Shown here: positions 56,445 to 64,000 of the stretch, piece by piece | Layout of the letters: each line of letters starts with the position of its first letter | Position numbering within the stretch: position 1 is the first letter of the stretch | NCBI GenBank assembly: GCA_040387095.1 | Contig: JAZKEJ010000017.1 | Coordinates: forward strand, 57,922-121,921 | DNA: 64,000 nt | Reading direction: 5' to 3' | Origin: Pseudomonadota bacterium | Lineage (GTDB): Bacteria > Pseudomonadota > Gammaproteobacteria > Burkholderiales > Methylophilaceae | Program-made: the position numbers and the translations under genes | The notes under the pieces: generated by a model | Database searches by the model: none | The model's input: only the letters and a program-made list of their open reading frames with translations | What the model was told of the DNA's origin: nothing

Positions 56445-58873
56445 CGGTTGTAATTTTGTTGCCTGTAAATGTTAGGAAGCTCGCTTGAGCTTAAATAGCC
56501 GGGAATATCGCGGCGTAATAGATTAAGTGGATTTGCGCCAATAGATGCTAAGCCACCTAGCTCCAATTGAAAGAATAGACCATAGTTTGCATCCGCAGTT
56601 GCAGTTTCTACGCGTTGGATGACGCCGCGTGCTTGCCAGCAACCGGCGTCATACTCAAGTCCTGCTAAACTTTCAATCAAGGTTTTTTCGCGTATTGAGT
56701 AGTTAAATCGACCAACACCATACCAACCGCGGCTAAGTGACCATTGACCAGAAACATTAATCTGCTCTAGAAACTGTTGTGTATAACGATAGCCGACATT
56801 CAATAGTTTGCCTGGTTCTGGGTTGTATCTAGCAAGTAAATTGGATCGAACCATGCCTGCATCATCGGTGTTGTACTGCCAAAAAGCGTCTAAATTCCAT
56901 TTGTTTGATAATCGGGCAGTCATGGCGGCAATGATGTCAGATGAGTTATTGGTGGGTTGAATAGCGCCGGGTAAAATAACTTTCTGGTCTTCAAAATAGT
57001 AACGCTGACCAATCGTGCCGGCAAAGCGTTCAATACCAGTATCTTTATCAATCATACGGCTGGTGACGGCTAGACTTAATTGGTTGGCATTATTTACTCT
57101 GTCATTGCCAGTGAATTGATTTTCCGTAAAGAGACTAGTGAGGTTTAAATCTGCAAGCGCAGAATCGAATACCGGTAATAAGTCCTGCTCTTTATTTGGA
57201 ATATATACATAAAATAATCGTGGTTCAATCGTTTGCGCATAACTGTTTTTAACAATTTTTACATCACGTTCAAAATATAAGCCGCTATCTAAACTAAAAA
57301 TAGGTAGGGTGCGATTTGCTGAATTATTGCTGACGGTATTGCCGTTGACATTAAAGTTGTTGTCGCTTAAACGGTAACTGGTGGAATGAACGCCGAACTT
57401 TGGTGTAATAAAGCCATACGACGAAGTGAATGGCATGCTGATGCTTGGGTAAACTGTTAAGCGGCTGCCGGTTGCGGCAACCGGTGCGTTATTATCGCGG
57501 TCAAAGTAAGTGAATTCGCTGTAAAGGTCGGTATCGAAATATTTCCACTCTTTATCAGCAGTTAAGGTTAGCTGCGGTAAGCGCTGGTAAGGGTAGTTGA
57601 TTTCATCCAATGTTTGATATTTTTGGGCAATACCATTAAAACGCCACACCTCGCCTACATAATCTATACGCCCTTCTTGCGGTAAATTAACGCGACTGGT
57701 GCTGATAATGCGTGTCGACATTTCAGAGAAATATTCGTTATCAGATACTTTTTCGATATTGTAGCCAGCCGACCACCTGTCACTTAATTGATGGCGATGC
57801 GCAAGATTTGCATAGTAGCGACGGTTTCCACTCTGGCTATCATTGTCTAAATATTCCAGGCTATTAATGCCCGAAGATGTTTCATTTAGATACCTGAATT
57901 CGCCCTGCAACTGCACACCGCGCTTACTTAAAAAACGCGTGCTGACGGTAGCATCCATATTAGGTGAAATATTAATGTAATAAGGGATTAAAGTTTCAAA
58001 ACCGCTTCGGCTGGTTGTGCCGACAGTTGGCGCAAGAAAGCCAGATTTACGTTCATTATTGAATGAAAAACTCAGCCAAGGCGAGTAAAGAATAGGCACC
58101 CCTTTAAATTCTACATAGGCATTTTTTGCATTGCCAGACTGCGTGTAATCATTGAGCTCAATTTCTGAGGCTTTTATGTACCAATCATCAACGCCCGCTT
58201 CACAAGTGGTATAACGCGCACCTAATAACCTTTTTTTATCCTGGCCCTCAAACAAAACTGCTTTGGCATCGCCGCGCGAGGAATTAAATCTGGGGTCAAT
58301 TGACGCTTGGCCAATCGGCGTGGCTGGTTCGCGATAATTATCGCGATACTGTCTTGGGTCGTCAGTTAATACGGTTTGCGAGTTGAGCAATTTAGATTGT
58401 GTATAAACACTAGGATTGCCGTAGGCGGAAGATGGTATTTTTGTGCTATTGACTTCTTTATTCAAAGAAATTGACGCATCTTTCATTTCGCCAATGCTTT
58501 CAGTCAGCTGCATTTTAAGCGAAGGACCTTTTATTAAGCCATCACCCAGTTCAATACGCACATTGCCATCAGCCTGCAATTCATCATTCTGCACATCATA
58601 AGTAATGCTGTCACCGTAGATTCTTTGATCATCCTTGCTAATCACGGCATTGCCACTGGCGCGCATTTTTCGGTCTATATAGAAATCTAGCTTGTCACCC
58701 TCAATTTCAATTGCTTCTGGCAGCGCGGTTGGCAGTATAGTTTCCGGCACACTCGACAGCTCCGTACTCAAAGTTTCTGCGGATGTAATTAGAGCGTAGC
58801 CAAACGCCAAAAGCATGAACAAGATTGCAGAAAAATGCTTTAAATAATGAGTATGTAAACGGGAGTGTTGCAA
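56441..58873 (-). CDS. lptD: LPS assembly protein LptD
   Basis: YTTC, RKSGFLAP, TIEPRLFY, EYDAGCW, FQLELGGL. Confidence 0.96.
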   Translation of the reverse strand: MQHSRLHTHYLKHFSAILFMLLAFGYALITSAETLSTELSSVPETILPTALPEAIEIEGDKLDFYIDRKMRASGNAVISKDDQRIYGDSITYDVQNDELQADGNVRIELGDGLIKGPSLKMQLTESIGEMKDASISLNKEVNSTKIPSSAYGNPSVYTQSKLLNSQTVLTDDPRQYRDNYREPATPIGQASIDPRFNSSRGDAKAVLFEGQDKKRLLGARYTTCEAGVDDWYIKASEIELNDYTQSGNAKNAYVEFKGVPILYSPWLSFSFNNERKSGFLAPTVGTTSRSGFETLIPYYINISPNMDATVSTRFLSKRGVQLQGEFRYLNETSSGINSLEYLDNDSQSGNRRYYANLAHRHQLSDRWSAGYNIEKVSDNEYFSEMSTRIISTSRVNLPQEGRIDYVGEVWRFNGIAQKYQTLDEINYPYQRLPQLTLTADKEWKYFDTDLYSEFTYFDRDNNAPVAATGSRLTVYPSISMPFTSSYGFITPKFGVHSTSYRLSDNNFNVNGNTVSNNSANRTLPIFSLDSGLYFERDVKIVKNSYAQTIEPRLFYVYIPNKEQDLLPVFDSALADLNLTSLFTENQFTGNDRVNNANQLSLAVTSRMIDKDTGIERFAGTIGQRYYFEDQKVILPGAIQPTNNSSDIIAAMTARLSNKWNLDAFWQYNTDDAGMVRSNLLARYNPEPGKLLNVGYRYTQQFLEQINVSGQWSLSRGWYGVGRFNYSIREKTLIESLAGLEYDAGCWQARGVIQRVETATADANYGLFFQLELGGLASIGANPLNLLRRDIPGYLSSSELPNIYRQQNYNR

Positions 58874-59070
58874 TGGATAATTTCTAAGAAGGCATGCTTA
58901 TTGTGTGGGTGAATATTGTTTAAATTAAACTTGAGCCTATTATTTTACAGATGAATGATAAAATCGTATATAACTGGTTTCACCTTGTTTCTAAACCATC
59001 GCAAACCCTATTCTAGAAGTTGGCGTAAAAACGACAATAATTAATGGCATCATGCAGTAAAGGTTGAGTT

Positions 59071-60093
59071 TTGGACAGACAATCACAATTAACTACTTGG
59101 CTTAATAACACGCTTAATCAAGCTTTTACATTAACCACTGCATCTGCTGATGCCAGTTTCCGGCGTTATTTCAGGGTGCATCTGGCACAAGTTTACAACG
59201 GCAGTCTTACCCTGATTGCCATGGATGCGCCGCCGCCGCAGGAAGATTGCGCGCCATTTGTTAAAATCGCTCAATTGCTGTTGGCGGCAGGATTAAATGC
59301 ACCGCAAATTTTGGCGCAAGATTTAAACAATGGTTTTTTGTTGTTAAGTGATTTGGGCGACACTACTTATTTATCACAGCTCAATACAGAGCCCGCCAAT
59401 CTGATCAATTCACAGAAATTATACAGTGACGCGACCAATGCGCTGATTAAAATGCAGTTGGCAAGCAGACCTGGTGAACTACCAGCTTATGATGAAGCTT
59501 TATTAACTCGTGAAATGCAGTTATTTCCCGACTGGTATGTGAGCAAACATTTGGCTGTGACGTTTAACGCAGAGCAGCAAGCGGTTTTGAATAACACATT
59601 CAAACTGCTGAACCAGAACATCTTGGCGCAAGGCCAGGTAACGGTGCATCGCGACTATCATTCACGCAACTTGATGGTGACAGAAGCGAATAATCCAGGG
59701 GTTTTAGATTTTCAGGATGCTGTTTATGGGGCGATTAGCTATGACTTGGTTTCCTTACTAAAAGACGCTTATATTGAATGGGAAGAAGAACAAATTATTG
59801 ATTGGGTAGTGCGTTATTGGCAGCCGGCAAAAAAAGCGGGTTTGCCTGTGCCAGATGATTTCAGCGAGTTTTATCGCGATTTTGAATGGATGGGCGCGCA
59901 GCGTCATATTAAAGTATTGGGTATATTTGCGCGCTTAAGCCATCGTGATGGCAAAAATGGCTATTTAAAAGACATGCCGCTGGTAATGCGCTATTTGCGC
60001 AAAGTGTGCGAACGCTATGTAGAGTTACGCCCGATGCTGCGCTTGTTAAACCAGTTGGAAAACGTAAAACCGCAAGAAGGTTTTACATTTTAG
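59071..60093 (+). CDS. amgK: Anomeric MurNAc/GlcNAc kinase AmgK
   Basis: DASFRRYFR, MDAPP, HRDYHSRNLM, LDFQDA; divergent from lptD and paired with murU. Confidence 0.9.
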   Translation: MDRQSQLTTWLNNTLNQAFTLTTASADASFRRYFRVHLAQVYNGSLTLIAMDAPPPQEDCAPFVKIAQLLLAAGLNAPQILAQDLNNGFLLLSDLGDTTYLSQLNTEPANLINSQKLYSDATNALIKMQLASRPGELPAYDEALLTREMQLFPDWYVSKHLAVTFNAEQQAVLNNTFKLLNQNILAQGQVTVHRDYHSRNLMVTEANNPGVLDFQDAVYGAISYDLVSLLKDAYIEWEEEQIIDWVVRYWQPAKKAGLPVPDDFSEFYRDFEWMGAQRHIKVLGIFARLSHRDGKNGYLKDMPLVMRYLRKVCERYVELRPMLRLLNQLENVKPQEGFTF

Positions 60094-60106
60094 AGGATAT
60101 AGTTTG

Positions 60107-60784
60107 ATGAAAGCGATGATTCTAGCGGCTGGGCGGGGCGAGCGTATGCGTCCATTAACAGACCACATGCCAAAGCCCTTATTGCAAGTGGGTGGAAAAG
60201 CCTTAATCGTTTGGCATTTGGAAAGTTTAGCCAGAGCTGGTTTTAAAGAAGTTGTCATTAACCATGCGCATCTGGGTAGCCAAATTGAAGTAGCGTTGGG
60301 CGATGGCTCAAAATGGAATTTACGCATTCAATATAGCCCGGAACTTGTTGCGCTTGAAACCGCTGGTGGCATTGCCAATGCGCTACCGCTGCTTACTGAG
60401 AATGGCACCAAAAACTCGCCATTTTTAGTGGTTAATGGCGATATTTTTACCGATGTTGATTTTTCAACAATATATCTAGCGCAAAATATGCTGGCGCACC
60501 TGGTGTTAATCGCTAATCCACCACAACATCCAAATGGTGATTTTGCGATTGAGAATGGCTTGTTAGCCAACACCAGTTTGCACATGCATACTTTTTCTGG
60601 TGTTGGCGTTTATCATCCCGCTCTGTTTGATGATATTGCGCAAGGCGCAGCTGCAAAATTAGCACCATTGCTGCGTCAGGCGATTAGTCAAAACAAGGCT
60701 AGCGCCGAGTATTATCCAGGCGTTTGGCATGATATTGGAACGCCTGAGCGATTAAGTGCTCTTAAGAAAACACTGCTAACATAA
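60107..60784 (+). CDS. murU: MurNAc-1-phosphate uridylyltransferase MurU
   Basis: MKAMILAAGRGERMRPLT, LETAGGI, VNGD, DIGTPERL. Confidence 0.92.
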   Translation: MKAMILAAGRGERMRPLTDHMPKPLLQVGGKALIVWHLESLARAGFKEVVINHAHLGSQIEVALGDGSKWNLRIQYSPELVALETAGGIANALPLLTENGTKNSPFLVVNGDIFTDVDFSTIYLAQNMLAHLVLIANPPQHPNGDFAIENGLLANTSLHMHTFSGVGVYHPALFDDIAQGAAAKLAPLLRQAISQNKASAEYYPGVWHDIGTPERLSALKKTLLT

Positions 60785-60818
60785 CTGATATTTTAATAAA
60801 CAATTTTCAAAAATAATC

Positions 60819-62159
60819 ATGGCTAATTTAAAAGAATTTCAGCAACGCCGCGAACAGCTATTGCAGCGAATGGGCCATGGTATTGCCATCATTCCCACGG
60901 CGGCTGAAACCATCCGCAACCGCGATAGCCATTATCCTTATCGTTTTGATAGTTATTTTTATTATTTAACCGGTTTTGTCGAGCCAGAATCAGTATTGAT
61001 TTTGATTGCTGGCGACGCGTCTAAAAATGAACTACCCAGATCGATCCTATTTTGCCGCGATAAAGACCTTGAGCGTGAAATCTGGGATGGGTTTAGATAC
61101 GGTCCGGATGCTGCAAAAGCACAATTTGGTTTTGATGAAGCTTACACAATCGGGCAACTAGATGCATTAATGCCAGACTTAATGGGTAATCGAGCGCAAC
61201 TATTTTATAGTTTAGGCGCCGACCATTATTGGGACAAGCGCGTGACGGAGTGGCTAAATATTGTCAAAAACAAAGCGCGCATGGGAATTTGCGCGCCGCA
61301 ATCCATTTTGGATGTGCGGCAGTTAATTGATGTGCAACGCTTGATTAAAACGCCATTCGAAATCGATTTAATGCGCCGTAGCGCCAATATTGCGGCAGAT
61401 GCGCATAATCGCGCCATGCGTTTTGTGGCAGACAATTTGGCAAAATCAGCGCTGATGGAATATGCAGTTGAAGCCGAGTTTTTGCACGAATTCTATCGCA
61501 ATGGCGCACAATCACCCGCTTACACCAGCATTGTTGCAGGTGGCGCGAATGCCTGCACGCTACATTACAACGCCAATAATGCACAATTAAAACAGGGTGA
61601 TTTATTGTTAATCGACGCGGGTTGCGAGCTGGATGGTTATGCCAGTGATATTACGCGCACATTTCCTGTCAGCGGCAAATTTAGTGCAACGCAACGCGAT
61701 TTATATGAGCTGGTTTTAACTGCACAATTAGCCGCAATTGACGTTGCAAAAGCAGGTAAACATTGGAACGCGCCGCACGAAGTGGCTTTAAATGTTTTAG
61801 TACAAGGTTTTATAGATTTTAAATTGTGCAAAGGCAGCGTTGAAGAGGTGCTGGAAAATGGCAGTTATCGTCAGTTCTATATGCATCGTACTGGCCATTG
61901 GCTGGGCTTGGATGTGCATGACGCTGGCGAATACAAAGACAATAAAGGCGAGTGGGCAATTTTACAGGCAGGTAATACGTTAACTGTGGAGCCGGGTTGT
62001 TATGTACGGCCAGCAGAAAATGTGCCAGAACATTTTTGGAATATTGGCATCCGCATTGAAGATGATGTGTTGATTACCACGACAGGTAATGAGGTGTTAA
62101 CGCATAAAGCGATTAAAACTGTGGTAGATATTGAGTCGCACATGAGCGCGAATGGATAA
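60819..62159 (+). CDS. pepP: Xaa-Pro aminopeptidase
   Basis: YLTGF, LIDAG, ASDITRT, GHWLGLDVHD, TVEPG, RIEDD. Confidence 0.96.
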   Translation: MANLKEFQQRREQLLQRMGHGIAIIPTAAETIRNRDSHYPYRFDSYFYYLTGFVEPESVLILIAGDASKNELPRSILFCRDKDLEREIWDGFRYGPDAAKAQFGFDEAYTIGQLDALMPDLMGNRAQLFYSLGADHYWDKRVTEWLNIVKNKARMGICAPQSILDVRQLIDVQRLIKTPFEIDLMRRSANIAADAHNRAMRFVADNLAKSALMEYAVEAEFLHEFYRNGAQSPAYTSIVAGGANACTLHYNANNAQLKQGDLLLIDAGCELDGYASDITRTFPVSGKFSATQRDLYELVLTAQLAAIDVAKAGKHWNAPHEVALNVLVQGFIDFKLCKGSVEEVLENGSYRQFYMHRTGHWLGLDVHDAGEYKDNKGEWAILQAGNTLTVEPGCYVRPAENVPEHFWNIGIRIEDDVLITTTGNEVLTHKAIKTVVDIESHMSANG

Positions 62160-63300
62160 AATCCTTATCGTTGGTGGCGGCCCTGTTGGGGCTGTGTTAG
62201 CGCTATTTTTGCAAAAAAAAGGCGTGCCTTTTGCTATCTTAGAAGCTCGTGCAAGAAACGCATCGCACACTGATACGCGTGCGCTGGCTTTGTCTTATGG
62301 CAGTCGATTAATTCTTGAAAAACTGAATGTCTGGCATGCTGTTGCTGAAAAAGCCACTGCGATTAATACCATTCATATTTCACAACGCGGTGGTTTTGGA
62401 CGTACCAAGTTAAATGCGGCAGACCACAATATGTCAGCTTTAGGTTATGTGCTGCCTTATGGCGCATTAACACAGGCGCTAGATGCGGCTCTGGGTGAAG
62501 ACAATGTGCGCTTTGAAGCAAATGCAACCCATATAATTACTCATCAAAACAATGCTGAAGTGACTTTTACACAAGCAGACACACCGCAAAAAATCGCAAG
62601 TAGCTTAGTCGTTATTGCTGACGGCGGTAATAATTTTCTAGAGGCTGCAGGCATACAAAAAGAAATCAAAGAGTATGGGCATGATGCTTTGGTCAGCAAA
62701 GTAACGGCAGAGTTGCCGCATAATCATATAGCCTATGAACGTTTTACGCCAACTGGGCCAATGGCGCTGTTACCTAATGGTGCGCGTGATTTTTCTTTAG
62801 TGTGGACAGGTGAAAAAACAAAAATCAATCAGTTGTTAACGTTGGACGATACGATTTTCTTAAAACAGTTGCACGAAGCGTTTGGTGATAGGGTGGGAAA
62901 ATTTTTAAGCATAGAAAGACGCATGAGTTTTCCACTTAAATTAAGCCGGTTAAAATCAGCAGCTAATAACCATTTAGTGATAATTGGTAACGCAGCGCAG
63001 ACCATGCATCCAGTGGCCGGACAAGGTTTTAACGTTGGTTTGCGCGATGCACAAACTTTGGCAGATACGCTGATTAATACCCCAGAAGCACAATGGGGCA
63101 AGGCTGAAATGCTACAGCATTATGGTAAGTTACGTAGTCGAGATACGCGTGGCGGACTTATTTTTACTGACTTGTTAGTCAATTTATTTTCTAACGATGT
63201 GATTGGGCTGTCTGGCATGAGAGGCATTGGTTTGGGCGCGCTGCAATTGTTGCAGCCAGCTAAAAATGGTTTAATCAGTAAAATGAGCTATGGCAAATAA
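62152..63300 (+). CDS. ubiH: UbiH-type FAD-dependent monooxygenase
   Basis: GGGPVG, ADG, AYERFTPTGPMALLP, GNAAQTMHPVAGQGFN; follows pepP. Confidence 0.88.
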   Translation: MDKILIVGGGPVGAVLALFLQKKGVPFAILEARARNASHTDTRALALSYGSRLILEKLNVWHAVAEKATAINTIHISQRGGFGRTKLNAADHNMSALGYVLPYGALTQALDAALGEDNVRFEANATHIITHQNNAEVTFTQADTPQKIASSLVVIADGGNNFLEAAGIQKEIKEYGHDALVSKVTAELPHNHIAYERFTPTGPMALLPNGARDFSLVWTGEKTKINQLLTLDDTIFLKQLHEAFGDRVGKFLSIERRMSFPLKLSRLKSAANNHLVIIGNAAQTMHPVAGQGFNVGLRDAQTLADTLINTPEAQWGKAEMLQHYGKLRSRDTRGGLIFTDLLVNLFSNDVIGLSGMRGIGLGALQLLQPAKNGLISKMSYGK

Positions 63301-63333
63301 TGCTGATATTTTTGCCTTTACTAAGTGTTAGCT

Positions 63334-64000
63334 ATGCTTAAATCGATAGATGCAGATGTGATAATCGTAGGTGCTGGTTTGGTAGGGCTAGCAGCGGCAA
63401 TCGCGTTCACTGCTCAGAAAAAAAATGTCGTGCTGGTGTCAAATTACAAGCCAGCCATGCATCAACAGCAAGATGGCAAAAATTGGGACGAGCGTGTTTA
63501 TGCGCTAACACCTGCGACAGAAAATTGGTTGAGTGATTTGGGCGTTTGGCAACATATCAATCAAGCGCGTGTAGGTGCGATTGATGCGATGCAGGTTTGG
63601 GGTGCGGATGCTGAGTTGTTATTGAAAGCTGAAGATGCACATCTTGCCAAACTAGGATTAATTATTGAAAACCAAAACTTAATAAATGCTTTATGGCAAA
63701 AAATATATGCTTTAGATGTAACTGTTATCAGTGATGCAGAATGTTTGGATATGGACTGTACGCTCACCAATGTGCAACTGAGTTTAGAAAATAAAGTGAG
63801 CAAACACCAGTTGCAGATTAATGCGAAATTGCTTGTTGCGGCGGATGGTATTTATTCTTGGATTAGACAAAAGTTGAATATTGGCATTGAGCATAAAAAT
63901 TATCATCAAACCGCTATTGTGGCTAATTTTTTGGCTGAAAAGCCGCACCGTGAAATTGCAAGGCAATGGTTTAATCCGCATAATACGTTAGCTTTTTTGC
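63334..64000 (+). CDS. UbiI/UbiF/VisC-type FAD-dependent hydroxylase, truncated by the window end
   Basis: Not in the ORF track; hand translation MLKSIDADVIIVGAGLVGLAAA...WDERVYAL...VAADG...YHQTAIVANF...ARQWF, open to the edge. Confidence 0.9.
   Translation, partial: MLKSIDADVIIVGAGLVGLAAAIAFTAQKKNVVLVSNYKPAMHQQQDGKNWDERVYALTPATENWLSDLGVWQHINQARVGAIDAMQVWGADAELLLKAEDAHLAKLGLIIENQNLINALWQKIYALDVTVISDAECLDMDCTLTNVQLSLENKVSKHQLQINAKLLVAADGIYSWIRQKLNIGIEHKNYHQTAIVANFLAEKPHREIARQWFNPHNTLAFL

Noticed and set aside
63561-63981. Two short minus-strand ORFs at the window end
   Set aside because: Antisense to the truncated UbiI-like gene that starts at 63334

Overview
A gene-dense core-chromosome segment of a betaproteobacterium. 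Gene order, protein style and moderate AT-richness suggest Methylophilaceae (Methylotenera-like); this is inference. About 63 CDS, nearly all housekeeping: pilD-coaE-zapD-yacG, ispB/rplU-rpmA-obgE-proB-purEK, rpsT/murJ-ribF-ileS-lspA, clpB, gpmI-envC, rhodanese-grxC-secB-gpsA, comF/bioBFHCD, leuS-lptE-holA-proA-nadD, lptD-surA-pdxA-rsmA-adk and amgK-murU-pepP-ubiH plus a truncated ubiI-like gene. I found no tRNA, rRNA, CRISPR array, integrase or transposase. Most notable signals: (1) a DUF2946/CruR-like leader with CxxC and a QAPP arrest-like motif, probably leaderless, followed by a hairpin, a TonB-dependent receptor and an Asp-box propeller with CECC/CPHH motifs, i.e. a candidate ribosome-stalling-controlled metal (copper) uptake system; (2) ribosomal proteins bL21 and bS20 carry Lys/Ala tails ending in the identical octapeptide AKPAKAAE, encoded partly by different codons; (3) a 136-bp palindromic MITE-like element abutting the obgE start codon; (4) a foreign-looking, AGA/AGG-rich patch inside the IleRS editing domain; (5) an ArsR pseudogene missing from the ORF track, with its putative operator intact.
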